From contig NIVC01000825.1 of assembly GCA_002269645.1 (NCBI GenBank), positions 124,001 through 188,000 of the forward strand: a stretch of 64,000 nucleotides of DNA. Direction: 5' to 3'. This document shows positions 25,540 through 36,928 of the stretch, piece by piece (the stretch's first letter is position 1; each line of letters starts with the position of its first letter). The translations under genes and the position numbers were made by a program. Source of the DNA: Macrostomum lignano. Lineage: Eukaryota. Under the pieces are notes generated by a model. That model was not told where the DNA came from. It did no database searches and saw only the letters and a list, made by a program, of their open reading frames with translations.

Positions 25540-26019
25540 TATTCTGCTCGAGTTCCGAGCACTTCTTGCCAAAGTGCTCAGACCAGTCCTGGCCGCATTC
25601 GCGGCAGGTCTCCAACTCGCAGTTCTGGCAGGCGAACACTTTCACGCCGGGGTCGAGAATGGCGCCCCACTGGCAGGTCGGGCAGCGGACAAAATTCTGG
25701 TCGTCAACCAGGCCGGAGCGCAGATTCTCCTCCATCAGGCGATCCTCGAATTTCTCAAGCACCTGCGGATCCAAGGCTTGGCGCACCAGCGACGGCAGGA
25801 ACTGGTTGTCGCAGCCGTCGGCCATGCAGTCGAATGAGGTAGTGCCGGAGCCGAAGACCTTCTCTTTGACGTAGCCGTTCAGGCACTCCCGGCAGAACAG
25901 ATGGCCGACAGGGCACTGAGTCATCTGCTCGAATGCGAACTCCGTGTAGCAGCACTCGCACTCGAATTGGGCCAGGTCAACTGGGCCGGCGGGCGCCGTG
26001 TCGCCGGCTGAAGCCGCTT
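25540..26019 (-). CDS. RNF216: RNF216-like exon 2 (RING1-IBR)
   Basis: FECECCYTEFAFEQMTQCPVGHLFCRECL...VFGSG...VRCPTC...CRECGQDWSEH; CCCTCAG acceptor and GTGAGT donor. Confidence 0.9.
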
Positions 26020-26045
26020 CTGAGGGGGCGGTTCGGTTTTTGTTT

Positions 26046-26700
26046 CACATGACTGAAACATCACATGACCGAAACATCACATGACCGAAACATCACATGA
26101 CCAAAACATCACATGACCGAAACATCACATGGCTGAAACATCATGCACATGACTAAAACATCACATGACTGAAACATCACATGACCGAAACATCACATGA
26201 CCGAAACATCACATGGCTGAAACACCACATGACTAAAACATCACATGACTAAAACATCACATGACTGAAACATCACATGACCGACACATCACATGACCGA
26301 AACATCACATTGCGGAAACATCCCATGGCCGAAACATCACGACCAGAATATCACAAGAACGAAACATATAACAGAAACATCACATGACCGAAACATCACA
26401 TGACCGAAACATCACATGACCGAAACATCACATGACCAAAACATCACATGACCGAAACATCACATGGCTGAAACATCACATGACTAAAACATCACATGAC
26501 TAAAACATCACCTGACCGACACATCACGTGACCGACACATCATACAACTGAAACATCACATGACCAACACTTCACGTGACCGACATCACGTGACCGACAC
26601 ATCACATAACTGAAACATCACATGACCAACACTTCACGTGACCGACATCACGTGACCGACACATCACATAACTGAAACATCAGATGGCCAAAACAACACA
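26046..26700. repeat. Intronic minisatellite, 16 bp unit (CATCACATGACCGAAA)
   Basis: Fills most of RNF216 intron 1. Confidence 0.95.
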
Positions 26701-26804
26701 TGGCCGAGAAGTCACAAGACTATTTAGACTTGGTAGGGCTATAATAAAGAATACAGACGATGCACTGGCATAGACTGAATGTTTTGTGTTAGTGAAAATA
26801 TTAC

Positions 26805-28689
26805 CATCTTTATCGGCAGTATTGGAGTTGGCTGAAGTGGTTTCGCCGGCAGAGTCAGTTCGACAGCGATCTCTGGCAGCTTTCAGCTCCTGTGCCAGAT
26901 GCGGATATTGGCCATAGATCTCAGCAGCTCTGGGCCCGTACATTCTTGGCCGCCGGTTGCGCAGAAAATGGATAGCATTAGGAGGCGGCTTGAGGCCGGG
27001 AACCAGCGGTGTTGGAGTCTGGTTGGGACAGATCATCTTGTAGGAAAATCCGTGAGTCCGATAGGGAAACGACGACTCAGTTGTCAGTCCCAGAGCCGTC
27101 AGCTGACCGTATAGAAAGCTGTAAGCCGGAGCCAGCAAGTGCTTGTGAGACGCCAAGACCGCACTGATGGTCTGATGGCTTACGTACGGAAACTCGAGCT
27201 GCAGAATGTCCAGCGCGGTGCGGATCTGCCTGGCATCAGTTGGCGCCTCCCTGCCCCCGATATCCCAGTAGTCGGCAACTCCGGACTGCGGATTCGACAA
27301 CGACCGCTGCTGCTGCTGCTGCTGCTGCTTCTGCAGGCCCGACGGCCCCGCGCCAGGCGACGAATATGAAGATGAAGCGGAGCCGGCGCTCTCCCGAAGC
27401 TGCTGGTACTTCTTGACGCGCCGTTTGAAGCCGCCCTCAAGATAGTCGGTGACCACACGCTGGATGGCGGCCTCGCGTGCTCCGTTAGTGACGGCCAGCG
27501 CTGTCCGAGCAGCCGCAGCGGTCGCATCCGGACAGGCGTCCGGAAAGATGCCAAGCAGCTCGCTGAGTACCAAGTCCACCTGTTCAGCGGCGACCGAGGC
27601 ATGCATCGAGTTCTGCGGCTGCTGAGGTGTCGGAGGCTGCTGCTGCTGCTGCTGCTGCCACTGCTGAAGCAGCTGATCTATATCAAGCGATGTCATGTCC
27701 CGCTGCTGATGCTGAGCTGTTTGTACAGGCCGATCTCCTTGATGAGGCGGCTGAGCACCCTGTGGCTGCTGAGCAACCTGCTGTGGCGGTTGGGCACGCA
27801 CCTGTGGCTGCTGAACACGCACCTGTGGCTGCTGTACACGCACCTGTGGCTGCTGAGCACGCACCTGTGGCTGCTGAACACGCACCTGTGGCTGCTGAGC
27901 ACGCACCTGTGGCTGTTGAGCACGCACCTGTGGCTGCTGAACACGCACCTGTGGCTGCTGAACACGCACCTGTGGCTGCTGAACACGCACCTGTGGCTGC
28001 TGAGCACGCACCTGTGGCTGTTGAGCACGCACCTGTGGCTGCTGAACACGCACCTGTGGCTGCTGAACATGCTGCTGAGCAGGTGGCTGAGCAGGTGGCT
28101 GTGCAAGTGGCTGTGCAGGTGGCTGAGCAGGTGGCTGAGCAGGTGGCTGAGCAGGTGGCTGAGCAGGTGGCTGAGCAGGTGGCTGTGCAAGTGGCTGTGC
28201 AGGTGGCTGAGCAGGTGGCTGAGCAGGTGGCTGTGCAGGTGGCTGTGCAGGTGGCTGAGCAGGTGGCTGAGCAGGTGGCTGTGCAAGTGGCTGTGCAGGT
28301 GGCTGTGCAGGTGGCTGAGCAGGTGGCTGAGCAGGTGGCTGAGCAGGTGGCTGAGCAGGTGGCTGTGCAGGTGGCTGAACATTCTGCTGAGCAGGCTGCT
28401 GAGCAGGTGGCTGAGCAGGTAGCTGAGCAGGTGGCTGTGCAGGTGGCTGAGCATGATGCTGAACACGCTGCTGAGCAGGTGGCTGATTCTCCGACGGTGC
28501 AACTTGTTTGTTCGATTGGGGCGGCGGCGGCTGTACTTGCATCTGCAACTCCATCATGCCTTGCTGTTGCTGCTGCTGCAGGATCTCAGTGGCCGGGTCC
28601 TGCGGGTCGCCAGTCATTGCACGCAGCAGGGCATCGAGAGTCTCCGCATCAAACAAGTCTAAATTCGCCGCAATCTCCTCGGGATCCAT
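26805..28689 (-). CDS. RNF216: RNF216-like exon 1: Q/P-rich repeats plus two CUE-like helical segments
   Basis: ATG at 28689, donor GATG/GTAATA at 26804; FLRNRRPRMY resembles the region before RING1 in RNF216; in frame with exon 2. Confidence 0.75.
27790..28480 (-). repeat. Coding tandem repeats: 12 bp (QPPA)n and 21 bp (QQPQVRA/V)n
   Basis: Within the exon 1 open frame. Confidence 0.9.
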
Positions 28690-30188
28690 AGCTGCGCAGA
28701 GTTCGGCGGTGACCAAGATCTAATTTTAAATCTCTGAAGTGTTGCAAATTTCACGTGATTATTCCTATTTTTGATGAACTAAAAATACTGTTAAATTGTC
28801 TGTTCCATAGATCTTATATTCCCTGGATAGGCCACTTAGTAATTGCGGTTAAAAGCGAAAGCGCGACCGCTGTTTTTCGTCATTTGCGCTTCAATTTGAG
28901 TTCAGCAGCTTAGGGACATAGACGCTTTTTTTGAGAATTTCTTAAAATATCCATTAAATAAGTTAATTTATGTCTCATTGACTGTTATTTAAAGCGCACC
29001 TTTTAGAATTCTGCGTTTTTGCATTAAATATATACAAGCACATGTACGTTTAAGAAGGACCAGCAGTTAAACGCGCAGTTATACACGCACTGATCATAAA
29101 AGTTTGACCTCACTCCGTCAGATATAAATGAGCTAATAAAAAGCTACTGAATCAAACTAAGAATGATACATGCGCTGCAGAGACTACTGACGAAATTGAG
29201 TTCAGTAGTAGTTGATTTTCGCGCTGTTGCGAGTTGCGGAATATTTTTACATTGGTTTCTATGGCCACATAGGCGGTTAATGAGAGGCCCATATTGTGTA
29301 TATATGATCTTTGATCTATTCTAAGCTTGTTGTTCTAAAGTACAACAGGTACTGTGCTATCTATCTGCAGGGCAGAGCAGCTCAGTGGTGAACGTATGAA
29401 CGTTTATGAAAAATAGGAGCGACAGTAATGCTATGTTATGCCTCCATTATGATTTATCTCTTAGTATTGTTTATATTATCCTCCCACCCCAGGTTTTCCC
29501 GCCTTGATGGAGACATAAATAGCGTCAAGGGGGGTTTGTGGTCAAGTTAAAGCGCTCGGGTTTTTCGGGGGAAGGGATTGGGGTAGAGAAATCGGGACCC
29601 AATGCTTCCGGCTCAATTTTGACTCTCAAGTTCACATCCCCTTCCTGTGGTATATTTCAAATTTTAGCCGGCTTAACGCGGAATCGAGCCCGGGCACCCA
29701 GCTACCGCTAGGCTGCTTTTAATTCAAACCAATTTCTCTAGCAAGTCTAAGGCACGCTTCTGTGCAAGAGAGCAGTGGTTTGGCCATAGACATGACCTCT
29801 AGCCAGTTTGAATATGGACACATTGGTCCAATTAAGCACACACACACTAAGACTGACACACTAAGAGCGGGGGGGGGGGTCGAACCTCGATCAGACAGAC
29901 CAAGATCAGTCTCTGGTTTGTTTGCCTTCTTCAGTCGGGCCGTAGCCACACGCCTGTTGTTTCTTTTATGGCCACATTTTTTCTGACTATGTGAGACATT
30001 TTACGATTTAAATATTTAGTTGTCTACTTTTCTCAGTAGTTTGGTTTGAAAGTATTAGATGGGATTATAAAATATTAATGATCAAACTAATTACTATAAA
30101 AGCAGAAAAAAATAAAACTCAAAGACAGAAATTTCACAGAGCCTATCAGATTTTTATTCTTATATACCGCCCCGCAACCAGGTGAGAC

Positions 30189-30603
30189 CACAGATACAAG
30201 AATAACTAGATGAACCACCACTCATGCATACATACTTAGCAAAACAGCTTCCTACTTTCAGTTCAGTAGCAATGAAGAATACATAAGCTATTTTATAAGT
30301 TTTATAACTTTGATAACTTTAGAAGCCCAAGCTTGCAGGCGTAAACAGCTTGCTAATTGGTTCAGCCATAAGCTTAAAGTTCAGGCTGGAACAACTGAGG
30401 AAGATAATAAAAATTGGGTGGCGAGGTAAGGGTAAAGGTTTCGTGTGGAGTTTTGGGTTTAAGCTTGGAGGGGGGTAAGAGCCAATAAATGAGCCTTGGC
30501 TTTAAAAATACATTAAAATGCGTCTGTTTAACTTACTACTGAACTGAAAGTAGCTTGCACGCAAATGTGCTGAGTGGCCCATCCAGTTATTCTAGAATCT
30601 GTG
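30189..30603. mobile_element. hAT-type MITE copy 1 with perfect 8-bp TSD GGTGAGAC
   Basis: TIR CACAGATAC(A)...AATAACT / AGTTATT...ATCTGTG; inner inverted CTACTTTCAGTTCAGTAG; TSD at 30181-30188 and 30604-30611; homologous to 59051-59472. Confidence 0.85.
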
Positions 30604-30690
30604 GGTGAGACATAACAGACCAAGCATTAAGAGACTACAGAGCTGCATCTCAATGGATCTCAGGCAGTGCATCTATCCGCACACAATCTA

Positions 30691-31128
30691 CTACTCAAAT
30701 TCAAAGTCAAAGTAGTCATTGTCGAATGAGTGCAAACGGACGAAGCCGTCCTCGCCGCCAGTGACGAAGCCGCGACCGTCGGGCGTGAAGCCGACGGAGT
30801 TGATGGGTCCGAAGTGGCCTTTGACCCTGGCGAATTCCTCCTCGTAGACTGTGTGGAAAAATTTTGCATCAAATTTGCCAACATGCGCGCCGGACGTTGT
30901 GACGTCCTGGGCCTCCTGGCCGCCGCCAAGCAGCACATGCGGCCGCAGCGGGCTGATGTCAGCCGAGTTCACCGGCCGCTCGGTCTTGTAGGTCTTGAAC
31001 AGCTGCAGCTCGTAGCTGTCTATTAGGCGAGCCGTGTGGTCTTTGCTGGCTGTTACGAACATTGTGCCGTCTTTGTACATGCGAATGTCGTTAATGGCGC
31101 CTTTGTGATGCTTCTCCGTCCTTATTAC
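30691..31128 (-). CDS. EIF3I: eIF3 subunit I, exon 3
   Basis: HKGAINDI...[12 protein letters not shown]...[12 protein letters not shown]...[15 protein letters not shown]...[13 protein letters not shown]. Confidence 0.96.
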   Translation of the reverse strand, partial: VIRTEKHHKGAINDIRMYKDGTMFVTASKDHTARLIDSYELQLFKTYKTERPVNSADISPLRPHVLLGGGQEAQDVTTSGAHVGKFDAKFFHTVYEEEFARVKGHFGPINSVGFTPDGRGFVTGGEDGFVRLHSFDNDYFDFEFE

Positions 31129-31248
31129 CTGGGGTAGCATGCGAGTTTTAGAGATGACTCTGTAGGGCGGATGTTGCTCTGTGACCAGGTTCCACGACAA
31201 TGGCGATCACAAATATGAGATCTAAGAGGGTTGGCTATATAGCAACTG

Positions 31249-31680
31249 AAGATCTGGGAGGCTGGCCCAGCAACTGAGGATCTGGGAGGCTGGCCCAGCA
31301 ACTGAGGATCTGGGAGGCTGGCCCAGCAACTGGGGATCTGGGAGGCTGGCCCAGCAACTGGGGATCTGGGAGGCTGGCACAGCAACTGAGGATCTGGGAA
31401 GCTGGCCCAGCAATTGAGGATCTGGGAAGCTGGCCCAGCAATTGAGGATCTGGGAGGCTGGCCCAGCAACTGAGGATCTGGGAGGCTGGCCCAGCAACTG
31501 GGGATCTGGGAGGCTGGCACAGCAACTGAGGATCTGGGAAGCTGGCCCAGCAATTGAGGATCTGGGAAGCTGGCCCAGCAATTGAGGATCTGGGAGGCTG
31601 GCCCAGCAACTGAGGATCTGGGAGGCTGGCCCAGCAACTGAGGATCTGGGAGGCTGGCCCAGCAACCGAGGATCTGGGAG
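31249..31680. repeat. Intronic minisatellite, 28 bp unit x ~15
   Basis: CTGAGGATCTGGGAGGCTGGCCCAGCAA in eIF3i intron 2. Confidence 0.95.
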
Positions 31681-31718
31681 CTTAGCCCTGCATGACAGAG
31701 ACCCCACCCCGCCCATAC

Positions 31719-32048
31719 CTTCTGAGCGCGCACGTCCATCTGGCACAGGTCGCCATTCTCGTGCCCGGTGATGAGGAACCGGCTCAGTGGGCCCCACACG
31801 GCGCTGGTTATCTTGGACTCCGGCACCAGCATCTGGCAGGCGGGCTGCCCGGCGGGGTCCTGGCGGATATCGTACAGCAGGATGGTGCACTTGTAGCCCA
31901 TGGTCTTGTCCGTGGTCAGCATAGCGCTGGTGCCGGCAAAGTCGAAGCCGCAAGAGCGAACGGCGCTATTAGTATCGACGCTGAGCACGCACTTGCCGGT
32001 CTCCGTGTCCCACAGCTTGGCGCTGTTGTCGGCAGATCCGGTTAACAC
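31719..32048 (-). CDS. EIF3I: eIF3 subunit I, exon 2
   Basis: VLTGSADNSAKLWDTETG...SKITSAVWGPL...ITGHENG; 330 nt, phase 0/0. Confidence 0.95.
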
Positions 32049-32099
32049 CTGGGTATTATTAGTTGTGAGTCCAATAAGTATGAGGATAAGTTTACACTT

Positions 32100-32335
32100 T
32101 TGACACCTCACTGAGTCACTGCTAGTTTAACCTGTGACACCTCACTGAGTCACTGCTAGTTTAACCTGTGACACCTCACTGAGTCACTGCTAGCTACCCT
32201 GTGACACCTCACTGAGTCACTGCTAGCTACCCTGTGACACCTCACTGAGTCACTGCTAGCTACCCTGTGACACCTCACTGAGTCACTGCTAGCTACCCTG
32301 TGACACCTCAGTGAGTCACTGCTAGCGACTCTGTG
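32100..32335. repeat. Intronic minisatellite, 33 bp unit x ~7
   Basis: CCTGTGACACCTCACTGAGTCACTGCTAGCTAC in eIF3i intron 1. Confidence 0.93.
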
Positions 32336-32369
32336 AAAAACAGCAGACCACCAGCGAACTGTCACTGAC

Positions 32370-32567
32370 CTTTTTGCTGTCCCAACGGCAGTCAACGCAC
32401 CACACGGCGCCATTGTGTCCAACCAGGCTGCCAAGGCGTTCGCCATTCAAAGCGAACCAAATCGAAGGATGCGGATCTTTGGCGCAGGTGAAAATTAAAT
32501 CTCCATCCCGATTGAATCGGACCTGCGTTATGGACCTCATGTGGCCGAGGAGGCATATGGGTTTCAT
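32370..32567 (-). CDS. EIF3I: eIF3 subunit I, exon 1
   Basis: MKPICLLGHMRSITQVRFNRDGDLIF...NGERLG...GHNGAVW; the three exons sum to 321 aa. Confidence 0.96.
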
Positions 32568-32975
32568 GATTTGGTTTAACTGGGAGAGTTGGCATGCAGC
32601 AAATATAACAATGTTATAAGTTAGAGGTGCGAAATGCTGAGCATAGCTGAAATGAATTGCCTAGAATAAGTTAATTTGCTGAGTAATAGAAAATATTCTC
32701 CAGGGAGAAGTCGAAGAGGGAGGATACCATAGAGGTCTAAGGACTCTATGCATGGATAAAATACTTAGGTGATTATATTTGATAGAAAAAGAAATAATTT
32801 GTAATATCAATTTTTTTAGTTATGTTTTTTTGCTTATTATAACAAACTGTCTTAACATTTACATTGTCAATGTAAATTTGGAAAGTTGCCCATATATGTA
32901 TTGAGTGGGCATCTATATTTTAACAGAAAAAAGATTAAAACAGAATTAATCTTTTAATAAAAACAAAAATCACTA

Positions 32976-33762
32976 GGCTCATTCCATATAAGATGGACAT
33001 ATTTGGAAAATAGAAAAAAGTCAATATTTTTGCTTGCCATTGCCTAATTAGCCTATTTTTTTTACCAAATGTTTATATTGTGCAATATATACAATCTAAG
33101 AATAAAGGAATGGTAAAATGTTGGATTAGTATGTTATCAATTGGCAAAAAGTCATTTTTGTAAAAATTTGGACATTTTTCGAAGCAAAAGACATCATTAA
33201 GATTTTGTACCTTTTAAAAACAAATAGAAAGCTTTTGAAGGTTGAAACAAACTATAGATAAAAGTATAGTACTTGCATCATCAGATAAAAGCATTGGTGA
33301 CCAAATAATCTATTATATTTTTAATGTATTAGTACCTCAAAGTTACTGAATTGACAGAAAAAAATATGTTACGACCATAATGTTACGACCATAAGGCTGC
33401 CTTTTCTTTTGTATCTTTGTTGCCTTTTGAGTTTATATATTCTAATAAAAGAGTATGATTTCTAAAGATGTTCTTAGTCAAATTTTAAAAATGTATTGCA
33501 AAATATCAAAAATGAAAAATGTTATAAGACTTTTACCTTTTAGTTTCTATATGTCAAAAATCCTGTCGTTACGACCATAAGTGTCATTTAAGGTTTAATA
33601 GCATCTATACTAATGATGATATCTATATGAAACTCTATAAATATATTCTAGACAAAATAATCTTTCATTTAAAATATTGGTTTAGTATATTCTATTATTA
33701 GATTTCATTTTATAAGTAAAAATAACCTGTCATGTTACGACCATGCTTATATGGAATGAGCC
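32976..33762. mobile_element. Non-autonomous DNA transposon: 17-bp perfect TIRs, candidate 4-bp TSD ACTA
   Basis: GGCTCATTCCATATAAG ... CTTATATGGAATGAGCC; ACTA on both flanks; four internal GTTACGACCAT copies. Confidence 0.75.
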
Positions 33763-36541
33763 ACTAGAGATTTACTATATTTATTAATACCTTGTTAATC
33801 GACATGCAATTATTTGTATTTAATTAATTTTGACTCTCCAGTATTTCTCAACAAGAATCCAAGTTTTAGTTGCACCTAGTTTGATGCAAGCTTTAACTGG
33901 CAATGTTTGCAGTATTTTGCAATTGCAAATATCAGCAACAAAAACTTATCTGCTCGTTTCTACATTGTGCCGGAAATTGTGCAGGAAAGTCAGGCATCAA
34001 AGGCAAAGTCAAAAAGGCAATAATCCAAGATATAATGAACTCAAATCTGACTGTTTGAAAGCTACTTAAACTTTAGAAGTAGTTATGAACTCTCAAGCAA
34101 GCATATTAACTCTAGTGCCAACATCATCAAGCAAGGAAGATCTGCTGAGATGACCTATTGGTTTCTAGGCCAATTTAGCTAGAGTGGAAAGACTGAAGAC
34201 TAATACTAATACTACACAATTGGTAATGCTCAAATTCAGTATGTTGCTATTGCCATTGAATTCAATGGTATAAATGTAATGTTCTAGTACTACCTTGGTG
34301 AGATATTAACTAAAAAATAATAGCTCTATACTTATAGCAAATATTGCAAGCAGGAAAATGCTCAATACCTATAGACTAATTATAGTTACTCGTAGTCAAT
34401 TAGTTCTATAATAAGTGTAAATGTGATATATAAATATATAAAACTGGCTAGTGGCACTTTATTTTTTACAATGATAGGCAACTAAGTCTTTTCAAATGTT
34501 ATAAAGGGTGGCATAGCAACAGCACTTTTTGCCATTAAGCAGCTTTTTAACAGCTCTATATAATTCATAGTTATACTTAAACCTGGCAAGATGATAATGT
34601 TATACAAGTGCCTTTAGCTTTTTTACTCATGTCTAAAGGAGCATACCTTTTACTATAAAGCCATCTAAGAAAAATAAAGGAACTTTTTGTCTCAGACCTT
34701 CAAATTCAAAGCCTTGCAATAAATTTTGAAGTAGCTGTATAGAATATAGTTGTCTTTTTTCTCTAAGCATTGAAAAATATAATTGCTCCTTTCTTTTTGC
34801 AAGCTATGTCTTTGTAATATTTTTGAATTTGAATTTAAAATTTCTACTGTAGTTTGGAATGAAATGTATAATTTTTGCATTTGCTTTACTTTTGTTTTGT
34901 ATTTTTACTTTTTGTGCTGATTAATATTTCCAACATTTTGCTTTAGGTATCTAACTTTCTGACTGACTGGAATATACCTTGATAAAAGTTCTTAAATATC
35001 CCTTATATCTCCATCTTATACCTAAATATCTATCTAATTTTGATAGAAAATTATACAAACATAGGCCTATTTATAATGAATCTATAAACTAAAAATAGTT
35101 CCATTCTAAAGTTTTAGCTTAATTGGGTTGATAGAACAAAAGCAATCATTCATCATAAAAAATAGACTAATGTATATATATATAGGCCCAAGTATTAATT
35201 TTCTACATGGATCTAAACTTTTTAATATTTGCAAATATATATCTTAATAGGGTATTTTTTGTTTTTCCTTCCTAAAAATTCTTTTGCAGTTATTTTTAAT
35301 ATTATATCAAAATGTATTATTATTGTCATTTTTATCCTTTGTTACAAAAGTAATAAACATTACTTTGTTTATTATTTGTTTATGTTTATTTGTTTGTTTA
35401 TGTTTGTTATTTACTATTTATTACTATGGAAAGTAATAAACATTACAAAAGTCATATAATTTATAGCCAATGATATGACAGGCCTAATCTATGCAAAAAA
35501 AGAAATTTAGTGAATCCTACATAGTAAATTTTTTTTAAAAATCAATCACATAGGCCTATACTTAGATGGATAAATATAGACAAAAAATTTTAATATAAAG
35601 GATTGACTTAAATAAATGCAAATTATAAAACAAAGTTGCTTTTTAGTCAAAACTAAAACCAAGTTACATGGCCAATACTAACTTTAAAAGGCTATTAGTA
35701 ACTTTGACAATTGACATTTTGGCAATAAAACATTTTGGTAATAGTCATTCAGTAGGGGGGGGGGGCTAATAGTCAATTTTAGGCCATTTTACCTAAACTC
35801 CAAATTTAGGCCTATAGATAGATTTGAAAAAGACACAGATGTTGATTAGTTGCTGTGAAACAAAATTTAATAAATACATTTTTTTAAATCCATTTAATCA
35901 AAATTAATCTATATAATACGTATTATTTGTCGAAAGATAAGCAATTAATGCCAATGGTACAAAGTCAAAATGTTATTTGCAATTAACATTGTATATTTAC
36001 ATTTAAACAAATATAATATCTAAAACTGATACTTGTATATTTATATACTATACAAATTACTTTAGTAATTACTATACTAGTAAATTATTATACAAATGAT
36101 ATTAGACCTACCATAGCAAGCTCAATATTCTATTCTATAAAAAAATTTTTTTCCTTCTTTTTCGAAAATCTCGAAAATATGATATCATCTGATCCAAAAA
36201 GTAAAAGTACAAGTAATTCCATGATTGTAGCCTAAACTAAAGCTAAGCCCAGCTATTTAAACTAAGATTTGTTGGCATTGTTGTTTTCTCAGAATTAGGC
36301 TAGCCTACTTTGCTTGCATCTGTCTCAATACATATCAGATTATTCAGAATCTTTAAATACGAATGCTTGATGAGTTAGTTCACATTTTTACTCGATGCGG
36401 GACTGACGAGACTTGAATCAGTAAGGACAGCGTTTTTTTAGGACGGCAGGTTTCTTTATGTTTGGGCTCAGGCCTTGCACGTTGTACCTCGAGCACGTTC
36501 GATCGAGAGCTCGAGGCTCAGCTCATGACGACGAGACTTTG

Positions 36542-36856
36542 TGTAGTACACCTTAATTTCGTAATTTAAATTGGTGCCAACTCGAGGCGGGTGTTAAGTA
36601 AAGCAAAGTAATCGCATCGCAGTGTAATAATACTCGTATATTTTCGTTTCGTTCAATACTTTATATTCGTAACTTTATATCAGCTGAATTTCATCGCCTT
36701 AGCTCGATGGTGAGTCCAATAAATGCTGAATCATAGCTCGAACTGTTACTGGCTATGCTTTAGAGTGTGCCTAGTAAGCAGGCAGCTGTGCAAGCTTGTG
36801 ATTGGGCGGTAAAGGCTCAAAGTCAAATTTAGTGTCCTGCCTCCGTTCTTGCTACA
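36542..36856 (+). repeat. Gypsy-1 5' LTR
   Basis: Direct repeat of 42795-43109. Confidence 0.97.
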
Positions 36857-36858
36857 TT

Positions 36859-36875
36859 TGGCGACCACGCCAGGA
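36859..36875 (+). other. Primer-binding site TGGCGACCACGCCAGGA, probably tRNA-Arg
   Basis: Follows the LTR directly; its complement TCCTGGCGTGGTCG-CCA resembles animal tRNA-Arg 3' ends (tRNA identity is inference). Confidence 0.7.
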
Positions 36876-36928
36876 CGAATTTCTTCATAGCAATAAAAGA
36901 CCGAAGGTTGCACCTGTCATCGATCATC

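Noticed and set aside
24445-25572. Long His/Pro-rich ORFs (HHIPYTGITFPIPAS...)
   Set aside because: Translation of the 20-bp intron repeat; the RNF216 splice sites and phases exclude it
27601-28691. Plus-strand and alternative-frame repetitive ORFs
   Set aside because: Shadows of the RNF216 coding repeats
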